A model generated the notes under the pieces. That model saw nothing but the letters and a program-made list of their open reading frames with translations. It searched no databases and had not been told where the DNA came from. From IMG/VR virus record IMGVR_UViG_3300048113_000456, positions 1-55,005 of that record: a stretch of DNA of 55,005 bases; one strand, given 5' to 3'. This document shows, piece after piece, positions 29,986 through 39,953 of this stretch. The stretch is from a virus (Duplodnaviria; Caudoviricetes). Numbering within the stretch: the first letter of the stretch is position 1; each line of letters starts with the position of its first letter. The position numbers and the translations under genes are program-made.

Positions 29986-32900
29986 TTATGCCTCTAAAGT
30001 ATTGACACTTTCTAAGAAAGTCTCTCCGTTTGAATTTGCTGCTTCTCGTAGCATTCCAATAATATTTCCGCGCTGATTTAGAAGAACTTCTTCCACGCCT
30101 TGTGCGTCTACCGCTGATATGTTTATGTTTGCATTTACAGTTGGCTGTAAGCCTGCCGCTGTTTCGTCTGCTGGTACTATAGTACCTGGACGATCTGGAA
30201 CAAACATTTCTGGTCCTTGCTCTCCAACTACAAATGCTGTGTTACCACCTGCGGCTCTATATTTTGCACCAGTAAATGCAGGAGTAAAGTTATTAGCTCC
30301 ACCAATACCTTGATTTCCTCTCATATAACCTAATTCACCGGCTGCAGATCTAGAGCTTGCCATATCTATAGAAGAACCTCTTTTACCTGCAGACACTGAA
30401 GTAGGTGCAGAAGTATCAGCAGAAGCTGATCCTCCATTATATGTCATTCCAGATATTAAGGATACTTGAGCCATACCCATAGCACCTACGAGTCCTGCTA
30501 GTATCATATTATAAGGTGCTGGTGCTGAAGATAGAGCTTGAGTTATACCTGTTGCTGTACCGATAATAGCTTGAGCCATTTTCATTTTTTTGTCTTGCTC
30601 AAAAGCTTTACGCTTCATTGCTTCTTTTTTAGCTTCTAGAGATTTTAACTTAGCTACGCTTTCTGCTGATTTTCCATCTAAGGCTTTTTCTCTTTCTATC
30701 TGCTTATCAATTCCAGCGATTGCACTTCTAGAAGCTGCACTCATTGCAGATGCTAATGCACTTACGGAAGCGCCTACTACCTGGAGTGCGGCACCTACTA
30801 CCTCGGCTTGCTCTGCTAAATTCATGCTACTAAATGCTTCAGACATTGAGGTAAAGTTACTCTTAGTTCTTTCATTAAAAGATTTAAGGACAGAAGTAGA
30901 AACTTCTCCAAAGTGCATAACACTGTCAGTGATCTTAAACATGCCTTCTTGCAATCCAGCAATCAGCTCTCCTTCAGGACCTAGCTTACGTAACTCTTCT
31001 CCTAAAGGCTGTAGCATATTACCCATAGCAGCAATTTTATCTCTAGTACTAGCTTCGTCTATACTAAATAAACCTCCGTCTCCAGTAGCTGCCTGTAGTC
31101 TTTCGTAAAAAGACCCTGTTGCAGTTTTTCCAAACTCAATAGCTTTTGCAGCGGCATCCGCCAAAACATCTGCATTTACGGATTTTTGGTGCTCTGCTTG
31201 ATCATCAATATCTTTTAAGGCGTCTTTTCTGTTTGATCCAGAACCTACTTGTGCTGATGTTATATTAGATTGAGAGGCTGTTAACTTAGTCGCTAAATCA
31301 ACATCACCTGCCTCATTAGCTTTTTTAATTTGCATATCTAACTGAGCCGAAAGTAAAGCATACTGCGCGTCTATTAAGTCATACTCTATTTTAACTTTAG
31401 TTTTTAAAACCTCTAGCTGTGCGTCTCTATTTTTCGCTTCTAACTCTTGAGTCTTTTTAACTATTAAGTACTCTTCTTTTGGGCCTAGGTCTCTAGAAGT
31501 AGATCCAGGTTCAGATGCTTTTTTCAATTTTAACTGTATTCTGTAAGCTTCTACACCTCTAGCCGTAGCTTTTTCTGCTAACTGCAATTGCTTTTCTTTC
31601 ATAGCTAGACTGGCTTTTTCAATTTGCTGTATAAACTGAACTATAGCTAACTCACCTTTTGTTACCTCTACCAAGTTTTCTGCTTTATCAATTGCTTGCT
31701 CATCGAGTGTGTTAAGTTTATTTTTATTTGCTCTTATTTTATTAGTGAGATTTATGTACTCGGCGCTCTGTTTATTTATATCTGTAACGCCGTTTTTATG
31801 CTCGTCCATAGACTCTAAAATCTTTTGATCTGCATCTATTGTAGCTTGTACACCAGCTTTCTGTGCTTTTATAACATCGTTAGTTAACTTTAATACGTTT
31901 TTAAGTGTTCTTGTAGATAAGCCACCCTTAGCTTTTTCAGTTGCTAATTGTTCTTTAGCTACTGCTAAAACACCTTTGTTTGTTTCTAAAGTTTTTGCAG
32001 AAGCAGTAAGTACTGTAGTAACGCCATCTATGTTTTTGTCTATAACATCTTTAGCTTCTTTCTCTATTGCTAGGTTTTTCTTTTTGAGAGCAGCGGCTTT
32101 ATCTAGTAGTTCTTGTGCTTTCGCTCGCTGTGCATTCTCTTCATCAATAGTAGAACTAAAACTAAATAAGCGGAAACCTTGATTTTGTAAAGGAGCTAAA
32201 ATTGCGTTAGCTTCTTTTTCTAGATCTTGAGCAGCTTTTTTATTTAATTCTACTTCAATTTGTTTCTCTGATACTCCAAGTATTGCCGCTTGCATAGCAG
32301 ACAAGCTTTCAAGCACTATCGTTGCACTTTCTCCAAGTTTAGCAGACATTGCTTTTGAAGCCTCGCCTACTTGCTTAAGCCCAGAAGCCATTTCACTAAT
32401 AGGGCTTTTAGGCTTTAACGAATTCATGTATTCATCTACAGATTTTCTAGATGCCTTAGCGGCTTCTTTAAAAACTGTTACAGTATTGGCAGCTTCTTTT
32501 TGTCCTTTTATAAATTCATTGAGTAAAGAAACTGCTTCTGTTTGATTTTTTGCATTATCAACGAGCTCTTTAGCATTGGCTTTATATGCTTGTGTAAGTA
32601 CTGAACTAGACCCTATTAAGTCACGAATAGCTTTTTCTTGTGCATCCAAAACATCCCCATTGTTAGCGCCAGCTACATTAAGTGTATCATAAGACCCTTG
32701 AAATTGAGCCAAAATATTATCTAAGGCTGTATAGCTCGCTCCCAGAGTAAATATCTTAGTACTAGTCCCCGCAAAAGCTTTATCTACTTCTTTTAGGTTA
32801 TCAGCCAATTCTTTATGAACTTCGCTTAAAGCTTCTATGTTCTTTTCTAACTCTTTTGTACCAGCACCTTTAAAGCCTTCGTATAAAGCTTTTGACGCTT

Positions 32901-34494
32901 GCCATACTAGAGTTATTACGAATATAATCTGACCTATAATAGGTATAGCGTTTAGCAATGCACTACCGAATAGTGTTGCCGCACCTGCTGCTGCTCTTAA
33001 ACCTACGGCTATTTTAGAGCCTATGCCTGCTTGCTTTCCTATTTGTCTGAATTGAGCTGATGAATACCCAGCAGCAATTTTAACTTTATCCCAAGCTCCT
33101 GCAAGGTCGTCTGTAGTTTCTGCCATTTTTTGTAAGCCTCCGGCAGTTAGCTTAGACGTTCTAGAAGAACCTATAGCTTTTCTTTCAGTACTAGACTTAC
33201 TTCCTCTTCCAGATTCTTTTTCTTGTAAAGATTGAGCTGTTGCAAGTAATTGTTGTGTTACTGCAAGCTCTTTTTTCTTTTCATTTGTAAGCTCTTTTGC
33301 TCCGTTAAGCCTAAATTGTTCAGATTTTTTTAGCTCTCGTATAGTAGTTTTTAAAAACTTAGCTTTATCATCTGCGTTCTTATACTCTGTAGCAAATTTA
33401 GCTACAGTTTTAGGTGCTATACCGCCACTTTTTAATTTAGCATTAGCATTGTTTATTTTTTGAAAGCCAGCTATTGTTTCTTGCTCTGCTTTTTTATAAC
33501 TAGCACTTACTTTTCTGGAAGCATCTTTTGCTGATTTAGCATAAGCTTCGGCAGATTTTTTAGCGGCTTGTGCAGTCATCTCAATTCCAGGTACTATTTT
33601 AGATACTATTGAGGAGGCAAATACTGCCATTACGCCTATTAGAGCTGTAGGAGAAGAAGCTAAAAAAGACACTAATGGTTTGAGTACAGTATTTACAAGA
33701 CTTAAGGCATTTTTACTTAAATCAGCAAAAGTTGCTGCTAGTCTATTATAAGGATTAGAGTCTACCTCATTGCCTATAGCTCCAAATTTAGCCTGAGCTT
33801 CATCTAATACAGCATTTGCAAACGCTTGTCGTTTTTCAAAGTTTGTAAGCTGGGCTGTAGTTTTGCCTACACTTCGAGCATAGTCTGCTGATGCAGTATC
33901 TAGTCTTACAAAAATACCTAATTCATCGAGTAATTCTGGCTCAAGTTTTGTTATACCGCGTGTAAGTCGTTGTATAGAGTCTTGCATATCTCTACCAAGA
34001 GCGGTAGACGCGTTTCTAGCTGCGACTGTTAGCTCTTGTACTTTAGAGGGATCTAAGCCTGCACTTGTTATAGATATAACTGAACGCATAGCCTCTTCCA
34101 TACTTAAAGCAGCTCCACTAGCTTCTATCATACCCTTAGATAGGCTAGTCATAGCAAGACCTGAAGTTCTACCTAATTCACGTAAACCTTGAGTTAACTG
34201 GTCTACTTGAGCAGCTCTCTGTAAAACGCCAAAAGCCGCGGTAACGGCAAAGACGTTCGCGGCTAAGGTTGCGTAGGCAGGAACTAATCCACTATCAATA
34301 CCTGTGGTCATTTTTGAAAATGCTTTGGTACTATTAGAGGTTGCGCCTGCTACGCCTTTTTGTTGTTTCTGGTAATTATCACCTGATTTTGCTAAGTCAT
34401 CGTTTGCTTTTTTGGCTTTTTGGGTGTCTTTTTCAAGCTGACCCATGCCTTTGGAGTCTACATTAACCTTTACGTTGACGTCATTACTAGCCAT
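29986..34494 (-). CDS. tape measure protein (T5 pb2-like)
   Basis: 1502 aa, helical and Ala/Lys-rich; YATLAANVFA, KLEPELLDELGI, VGEQGPE motifs; follows the chaperone genes. Confidence 0.9.
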   Translation of the reverse strand: MASNDVNVKVNVDSKGMGQLEKDTQKAKKANDDLAKSGDNYQKQQKGVAGATSNSTKAFSKMTTGIDSGLVPAYATLAANVFAVTAAFGVLQRAAQVDQLTQGLRELGRTSGLAMTSLSKGMIEASGAALSMEEAMRSVISITSAGLDPSKVQELTVAARNASTALGRDMQDSIQRLTRGITKLEPELLDELGIFVRLDTASADYARSVGKTTAQLTNFEKRQAFANAVLDEAQAKFGAIGNEVDSNPYNRLAATFADLSKNALSLVNTVLKPLVSFLASSPTALIGVMAVFASSIVSKIVPGIEMTAQAAKKSAEAYAKSAKDASRKVSASYKKAEQETIAGFQKINNANAKLKSGGIAPKTVAKFATEYKNADDKAKFLKTTIRELKKSEQFRLNGAKELTNEKKKELAVTQQLLATAQSLQEKESGRGSKSSTERKAIGSSRTSKLTAGGLQKMAETTDDLAGAWDKVKIAAGYSSAQFRQIGKQAGIGSKIAVGLRAAAGAATLFGSALLNAIPIIGQIIFVITLVWQASKALYEGFKGAGTKELEKNIEALSEVHKELADNLKEVDKAFAGTSTKIFTLGASYTALDNILAQFQGSYDTLNVAGANNGDVLDAQEKAIRDLIGSSSVLTQAYKANAKELVDNAKNQTEAVSLLNEFIKGQKEAANTVTVFKEAAKASRKSVDEYMNSLKPKSPISEMASGLKQVGEASKAMSAKLGESATIVLESLSAMQAAILGVSEKQIEVELNKKAAQDLEKEANAILAPLQNQGFRLFSFSSTIDEENAQRAKAQELLDKAAALKKKNLAIEKEAKDVIDKNIDGVTTVLTASAKTLETNKGVLAVAKEQLATEKAKGGLSTRTLKNVLKLTNDVIKAQKAGVQATIDADQKILESMDEHKNGVTDINKQSAEYINLTNKIRANKNKLNTLDEQAIDKAENLVEVTKGELAIVQFIQQIEKASLAMKEKQLQLAEKATARGVEAYRIQLKLKKASEPGSTSRDLGPKEEYLIVKKTQELEAKNRDAQLEVLKTKVKIEYDLIDAQYALLSAQLDMQIKKANEAGDVDLATKLTASQSNITSAQVGSGSNRKDALKDIDDQAEHQKSVNADVLADAAAKAIEFGKTATGSFYERLQAATGDGGLFSIDEASTRDKIAAMGNMLQPLGEELRKLGPEGELIAGLQEGMFKITDSVMHFGEVSTSVLKSFNERTKSNFTSMSEAFSSMNLAEQAEVVGAALQVVGASVSALASAMSAASRSAIAGIDKQIEREKALDGKSAESVAKLKSLEAKKEAMKRKAFEQDKKMKMAQAIIGTATGITQALSSAPAPYNMILAGLVGAMGMAQVSLISGMTYNGGSASADTSAPTSVSAGKRGSSIDMASSRSAAGELGYMRGNQGIGGANNFTPAFTGAKYRAAGGNTAFVVGEQGPEMFVPDRPGTIVPADETAAGLQPTVNANINISAVDAQGVEEVLLNQRGNIIGMLREAANSNGETFLESVNTLEA

Positions 34495-34879
34495 TGTTTT
34501 TTCTCTTTAGCTTTTCTAGCTGTCTTTTGATTTCCTCAGAAGAAGCTTTTATAGCTCTTGAGTCAAGAAACGTTAGCACATCTAACGCCAACTCTCTGTC
34601 TTCAACTCCATATATATCAAACAATATAGGCAAGTTTGTATAGTCTTTGCCTATATAACCTATTTCAGGATATACTCTATCCCCTAAGGTATTAAAGATA
34701 ATCATCGCTACCTGAATAGCCTCTGGCAAATCATCCATATCTGGAGGTATATGCTTAGGGTCTGGTTCAGTACCTAGTTGCTCGCACATATTAAAATAAG
34801 ATTCACGAGTCATTTTTCCATCTAGGTTTTTATACAACGTCTCCAGCCGGTCTAGGGCTTCTTGCTTTTGGCTTTGCAC
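34487..34879 (-). CDS. tail assembly chaperone, C-terminal (frameshift-extended) part
   Basis: Overlaps the upstream chaperone in the +1 frame; no evident RBS; lies immediately before the tape measure gene. Confidence 0.65.
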   Translation of the reverse strand: MQSQKQEALDRLETLYKNLDGKMTRESYFNMCEQLGTEPDPKHIPPDMDDLPEAIQVAMIIFNTLGDRVYPEIGYIGKDYTNLPILFDIYGVEDRELALDVLTFLDSRAIKASSEEIKRQLEKLKRKNNG

Positions 34880-35273
34880 GAAAGTAGTCTAAATCAAATA
34901 CTACCTCATTTAGCCAAGAATCAAATTCAGTAGAAGAAGATACTAATAACTCAGCGTTATCTGCGTTGTATTCAAGCTCTACACTTAACTGATCTTCCGA
35001 TACGTCAATAAGAAGTAAAGTAGATAAGTGGTCAAGAGTTAAACCTTTCCAACCTTTTACAGTGCTTTTAGTAAACTCAGTTACAAACTTCTCTTCATCT
35101 AAAGTTTCTGCTACAGCGCGTGTTTTTCGATCAAACTTCTGCACTGTGCAACGCTTGCGTAAACTGTTTAATTCCTTACGAGATAGATTAGCTACCTCTA
35201 CTTCAAATCCTGGTAATCCTGGGAAGTCTACCCACACTGATTTAGTGTCTACCATTAACGATTTAAGATCCAT
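34830..35273 (-). CDS. tail assembly chaperone
   Basis: AGGAG RBS before the ATG at 35273 (MDLKSL; ORF track 35339); position; VKGWKGL motif. Confidence 0.75.
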   Translation of the reverse strand: MDLKSLMVDTKSVWVDFPGLPGFEVEVANLSRKELNSLRKRCTVQKFDRKTRAVAETLDEEKFVTEFTKSTVKGWKGLTLDHLSTLLLIDVSEDQLSVELEYNADNAELLVSSSTEFDSWLNEVVFDLDYFRAKPKARSPRPAGDVV

Positions 35274-35281
35274 TATTTCTC

Positions 35282-36181
35282 CTAGTATGTGTTGTATGTA
35301 AAAACAGAAGATAATGTTGGGTTGTAATTCATTCTCCAACTATAATCTTCTATATAAATTTCTTCAAATAAAGCTGTATTGGTCCAGGTAACGCTAGATA
35401 AATTTAAGTCTAGTCCGTAGTCTGTTCCGCTTTCCGATTCTCCTAAAGTTAGTCTAAGAGACGTATCTGTATCAAAGTTTTGAGCATCTGATACCGAGGA
35501 TTCTTCTAAGTATTTTTTTATGTTCCCTGCTAATATGCGTTTTTCTATAGCATAGTCACTAGGGTACATGATTGAATCTACTCCAGATACTGATATAGCC
35601 TTATTTACAGTAGAATAAGGTGTCCATTTAATATCATTTTGTAGCTCTAAGCTCATAGATACTACATGATCAGAATAATCTGTGCCATTCCAATCAAAAG
35701 TAAGTATTTTTGCTATATTATATGTAGTAGTAGATGCCCTAGACTGTAAAGTACCTGGATAAGTATACGAGCTAGAAATTGCTGGTGCGTATAAACGCTT
35801 AGCTTGCCCACTTATATTCATTTTTAGTATAGAATCTTTAGAAATACTAACTGCGCCGTTTGTAATTATACAAGATTCTATTCTGAATACGTGCGAGTCA
35901 CCCTCTACATATAAGTCAAACTCTGCGTAATCAATAAGCCTATCAAATACAACAGAATAATCGTCCTCACGAATTAAGTGTATTGTAAACTCAAAGTTTG
36001 CCGGATTTGCTTTAGTAATAGTACTAGCTTCAAACATATTTTCCGTATGTAAAGTTTTAACTGGATAACTATTTTCTGTTAACGTTTGGCTGGCAGAGAT
36101 AGACTCTACCTCTACTGGGTAACGGTTCGCACCATAAACCACATAAACCTTAGTATTTGTTAAAAAGTTAAAAGAAGCCAT
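35282..36181 (-). CDS. minor tail tube / baseplate tube protein
   Basis: Tube-like sequence (ISASQT, NPANFEF) directly after the major tail gene, as in T5. Confidence 0.7.
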   Translation of the reverse strand: MASFNFLTNTKVYVVYGANRYPVEVESISASQTLTENSYPVKTLHTENMFEASTITKANPANFEFTIHLIREDDYSVVFDRLIDYAEFDLYVEGDSHVFRIESCIITNGAVSISKDSILKMNISGQAKRLYAPAISSSYTYPGTLQSRASTTTYNIAKILTFDWNGTDYSDHVVSMSLELQNDIKWTPYSTVNKAISVSGVDSIMYPSDYAIEKRILAGNIKKYLEESSVSDAQNFDTDTSLRLTLGESESGTDYGLDLNLSSVTWTNTALFEEIYIEDYSWRMNYNPTLSSVFTYNTY

Positions 36182-36224
36182 AAATTCCTACATAGAATGG
36201 AGCGTAGCTCCTAGTTATACCGAA

Positions 36225-36253
36225 ATTATAGCGTGAGAGAGGTTATAAGTCAA
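36225..36253 (-). promoter_or_regulatory. sigma70-type late promoter
   Basis: TTGACT-17-TATAAT. Confidence 0.8.
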
Positions 36254-36275
36254 GGACTATTTTTTAGAGGAGTAG

Positions 36276-36301
36276 AAAAAAAGGGACCGAAGCCCCTTTT
36301 T
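36276..36301 (-). terminator. rho-independent terminator after the major tail gene
   Basis: AAGGGGC-TTCG-GTCCCTT stem (cUUCGg loop) followed by a U-tract. Confidence 0.85.
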
Positions 36302-36306
36302 GTTAA

Positions 36307-37404
36307 TTATGCGCCTACGTATTTGATAGTAAGTTCATCGGTATCATCAACAGTAGAAGGTAATGCGTGGAAGTTAGTTTCCATTGAAATTACGTCTTCT
36401 ATAGAGTGAGATGGTACTTCTAAGTGACAGCTCGGCATGTTTAATTCGATGCGAGGAGTGTTTCCTCCACCAACTTTAAACAATAAACCAAATGAGTTAG
36501 TAACTCTATCAGTTGCTTCAATGATGTCTTCAAATAGCTCAGCACTTGAAGTGCCTTCTGCATTTAAGTAACAAGTAAAGTTACCTGACACAGAGCGAGT
36601 ACCTGTTACGTGACCTAGAGGTAAGTTTACTACGCCTAACGTTTCTGGTGTTAAGAAAGTTAAGTTGTTAGAAATAGTTACGTTACCACCAGTTAACACT
36701 AAGCTATAAGAATCTTCAAAGTCATCGTCTAAAGATGTAGTAGCTGTTAGTGTGGTTAAGCGGTTACGAATAAAGTTACTTGTAGAGCTAACGCCTTCAG
36801 TAATAGTAGCTGCTGGTGTTGAGGCTTCTTCAGTAATAACTTTACCAAAACCAGACCAGTTAATAGTAGCAATACCATCAATATCAAAGTCTAAACTTGC
36901 TTCATTAACACAACAGCCTTCAACTTTATATATAGTATTAGAAGTGTCTGATGCAGCACCTAATACAAAATAAATATTTGCAGTACCTAAAGTAGTTTTA
37001 TTTGAAGAGTCAAAGTCAATGTCTAAATCCGTAGTGTCTGCTGTAAAGCCTGTAAAAGTATTAGAAGCATATGCTGCATCTCCTACCATTAAAGCCCATA
37101 AAACTTCTTCTACTGCGTGATGGTTTGCTGCATCATCTGCTGCTCCAGTACCAGATCCTGCTGAGACAAATGGACGTGCATAAGTAGAGAAACTCCACTC
37201 CGCAGGTGCATAAGAATCAGTAAACATTTGACGAGCTCGACGAGAGCTTCCATCTGTAGCATTAGCCATTTCATTTAGTGTAATTTCAGAAGCATTAGTT
37301 GCTTGTGAAAAACTAAAACCATCTAATACAGGCAGTTCCCAAATAGCCGAGCCAATTTCAATAAAGACTTTGGTATCGCGACTAAAATATAATTTATCAG
37401 CCAT
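36307..37404 (-). CDS. major tail tube protein (T5 pb6-like)
   Basis: SRDTKVF, VLDGFSFSQ, PAEWSFSTY, FDIDGIATINWSG, LTPETLG, TGTRSVSG motifs. Confidence 0.9.
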   Translation of the reverse strand: MADKLYFSRDTKVFIEIGSAIWELPVLDGFSFSQATNASEITLNEMANATDGSSRRARQMFTDSYAPAEWSFSTYARPFVSAGSGTGAADDAANHHAVEEVLWALMVGDAAYASNTFTGFTADTTDLDIDFDSSNKTTLGTANIYFVLGAASDTSNTIYKVEGCCVNEASLDFDIDGIATINWSGFGKVITEEASTPAATITEGVSSTSNFIRNRLTTLTATTSLDDDFEDSYSLVLTGGNVTISNNLTFLTPETLGVVNLPLGHVTGTRSVSGNFTCYLNAEGTSSAELFEDIIEATDRVTNSFGLLFKVGGGNTPRIELNMPSCHLEVPSHSIEDVISMETNFHALPSTVDDTDELTIKYVGA

Positions 37405-37467
37405 AGTTTTCTCCTATGAGTATCTTGAAAAGACTTGGTCGTGAACTTTTGCTCGTGCCAGTCGTTT

Positions 37468-37920
37468 CTAGTAACGAACCTCTATAGTCATTTCACCGAC
37501 TCCAAAAGGTTCAAGTACACCTTCGTCAGTATCAATACTAACTATAGTGATTTGTTGTGTATGTTGAATATTACCAGTTCTTTCAACATATGCTAATCTA
37601 GAGTTTTCTTCTAGAACAGTTTCTACGTCTTCCATTAGTTTTTCTAATGCGGTTACAGCGTCTTCCTCATTTACATAACAACGTATTGTTATGTTTAAGT
37701 ATCTGTCTTTGTAACCTCCTCCTTGGTAAACACGAGCTTCAGAGCCTGCGTTTAAATGGACAGAAGGGAATTCCTCAACTTCATCCCAGAATTTTAATCT
37801 AGGACTTACTTGATTGAATAAGTTTGTAAGATATTGATTTGTTCCGTCAATTTCTTTTAATTTTTCTACTATAGCATCTACAATAGCAAGTCGTCTTGTT
37901 GTATAATTTCTTTCTGACAT
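37468..37920 (-). CDS. tail terminator protein
   Basis: Position; KFWDEVEEFP and IDTDEGVLEPFGVGE motifs. Confidence 0.8.
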   Translation of the reverse strand: MSERNYTTRRLAIVDAIVEKLKEIDGTNQYLTNLFNQVSPRLKFWDEVEEFPSVHLNAGSEARVYQGGGYKDRYLNITIRCYVNEEDAVTALEKLMEDVETVLEENSRLAYVERTGNIQHTQQITIVSIDTDEGVLEPFGVGEMTIEVRY

Positions 37921-39305
37921 TATAATCTCCTAGTGTAGAATCTGCCGATAGCTAATTCTGCTGCAATTTCTCTAATACTTTCGTTTATTAGCGTTCGTGG
38001 ATCTCTATCTGGATCTCCTTGTGCAAAACCTGGTTCAAAGGTTTGATAAGGACTTTTCATATAAGTATATCCAAAGCTATTAAAACCCTGTGGTGTTTTT
38101 TGTACGTCTACAACTCTGACACTAGAGGCAAATCTTCCTGATCTATAGTTTAAAGCAGGAGAACCCATATTAGCAGCGACTGTTTGTGGCAATCTTTGAT
38201 TAAGTATACCAAGTATCATACTAATGTTTAAAGTAGAAGACGGGCTTGTTTTTTGAGCCGGTCTTTGAACGGGTTGTTTATTAGATCCCTTATAACGAGT
38301 CCCTGCATTTTTTGATTTTGTACGTACAGGTTTTTTATTTCTTTTTGGTTTTTTAACTTTTTTAGTTGCTGTTACATTCTTAGACTTAGTTAAAGTTTCT
38401 TGTATAGAATAAGCTATACCATTAAGACCATCTTTTTTCAAAGAGTTACTTCCTGGCATATTCCACCAGTCTTGGCCTTTAGCCCACTCGGTTACTTCTT
38501 TTACTAGTTTTGGTTTTAGAACTTTCCAATCGTGAGGCTCTGAACCACCAAAGTTTTCAGTATAACTATCTATACGTATTTCTATATTAGCCCCTTCTTG
38601 AAGGGAAAAATTATCTAAGTCACTGTTATATGTTATTACCGCATCTATGTGTCCGAAAACATCGTGTAGATTTTTTGCGTTATCTTCGGATAAAAACCCA
38701 TCAAAGCTCATATCACCATCAGAAGCCTTGCTTACTAAGGATAAGGCTTTTTGTAATTGTGCGATACCTACAGTACTTTTTCCAGAGTGAAGCATTTCTA
38801 TGCCCTTATTGAGCTGTCCTACTTCGCTTCTCTTAGCTGCTGCCTGCCAACTCATTCCAGGTGTTCTTACATCACGAGCTGTGGTTAAGCCTCTGCCAAG
38901 AGTGCTTTTTAGTTCTTTTGTTATGTTATTGGTAAAAACTTTTTTTATATCTTTAACTAACTGTGTGTTAGAGTTATTTACCAAAACAGTAATTATAGTT
39001 GGAGTATTTAAAGTGCTATAAGTTGCTGTGACACTCTTTTTCCTAGGGTTTTCTGCCGATTCTTTAACTAACTGTAGTGCTTCTTCGGCAGACCTATTAA
39101 AAATATCTGAAAAAGTTAAGTCTGGGTACTCTGTTTCAGGATTATTTATAACCATTAAATTATAGGTATTTGTAAAAGCCCTTTCTAGACTAAGTAAATC
39201 AAAAGTTATTAAAGTCTTTTGTTTATTTAACTGAGTACGCACAGGCCCATAAGCTAATTTATGTATACACTCATCTAGTACTTTTTGAGTGAATGCTTTA
39301 CTCAT
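37920..39305 (-). CDS. tail completion / neck protein with an extended N-terminal region
   Basis: C-terminal LNYRSGRFASSV...YMKSPYQTFEPG...RDPRTLI; position. Confidence 0.7.
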   Translation of the reverse strand: MSKAFTQKVLDECIHKLAYGPVRTQLNKQKTLITFDLLSLERAFTNTYNLMVINNPETEYPDLTFSDIFNRSAEEALQLVKESAENPRKKSVTATYSTLNTPTIITVLVNNSNTQLVKDIKKVFTNNITKELKSTLGRGLTTARDVRTPGMSWQAAAKRSEVGQLNKGIEMLHSGKSTVGIAQLQKALSLVSKASDGDMSFDGFLSEDNAKNLHDVFGHIDAVITYNSDLDNFSLQEGANIEIRIDSYTENFGGSEPHDWKVLKPKLVKEVTEWAKGQDWWNMPGSNSLKKDGLNGIAYSIQETLTKSKNVTATKKVKKPKRNKKPVRTKSKNAGTRYKGSNKQPVQRPAQKTSPSSTLNISMILGILNQRLPQTVAANMGSPALNYRSGRFASSVRVVDVQKTPQGFNSFGYTYMKSPYQTFEPGFAQGDPDRDPRTLINESIREIAAELAIGRFYTRRL

Positions 39306-39889
39306 TAGAAGTTCTTATATAAATCTAGTACTCGTTTAATATGGTCAGGAAAAGCTACGTTATTACGCTGACTAGTACTAGCCTGGTTCTGCACACTTGC
39401 ACCCGCTAAAGTTCTGCGTTCTTTGTGTTCGTCTTTTAAGTAGTATGTAATCAAATCAAATACTGCTAGTTTTAAATCTGCCGGTACTTCTTCATAGCCT
39501 GCATTATATGTAACTTTTACAGAGCCCGGGCCATGCTTCCAATTCTGTTTCTGGCCTGTACTAGATACCTTAAAGATACTGTCTGTAATAGAATCTAAGT
39601 AATACTCTGAAGAAGTTAAAGTTGTGTAGTCAGAAGAGAAGTTATCTCTTTCTTCTACGCTAATTATGTGTCTAATTGGACTTTCTGTAAGCTGTATCAT
39701 TGAAGTATTCCAGTCTATACTGAACTCCTCAACTTTATTTTCAGCCCAAAAGTCTACAATACTATTACCGCAGTAAGTTTTTACTAATTGGCTCACACTT
39801 TCTACAAGTGTAGTTAAGCGAAGGTCTTCTTTTACCGAAGTAATGCCTTCTGCATCTTTATATTCTTCTACTGTAACTAAATTTGTCAT
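39305..39889 (-). CDS. head completion / head-tail connector protein
   Basis: Follows the capsid gene; VKVTYNAGY..VPADLKLA, FPDHIKRVLDLY. Confidence 0.85.
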   Translation of the reverse strand: MTNLVTVEEYKDAEGITSVKEDLRLTTLVESVSQLVKTYCGNSIVDFWAENKVEEFSIDWNTSMIQLTESPIRHIISVEERDNFSSDYTTLTSSEYYLDSITDSIFKVSSTGQKQNWKHGPGSVKVTYNAGYEEVPADLKLAVFDLITYYLKDEHKERRTLAGASVQNQASTSQRNNVAFPDHIKRVLDLYKNF

Positions 39890-39905
39890 TTGTAAACCTA
39901 TTAGT

Positions 39906-39937
39906 AAAAACTCAGGGAGAATTAACTCCCTGGTTTT
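39906..39937 (-). terminator. rho-independent terminator after the capsid gene
   Basis: CAGGGAG-TTAATT-CTCCCTG then AGTTTTT. Confidence 0.7.
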
Positions 39938-39953
39938 AATACTCTATGCTCTA

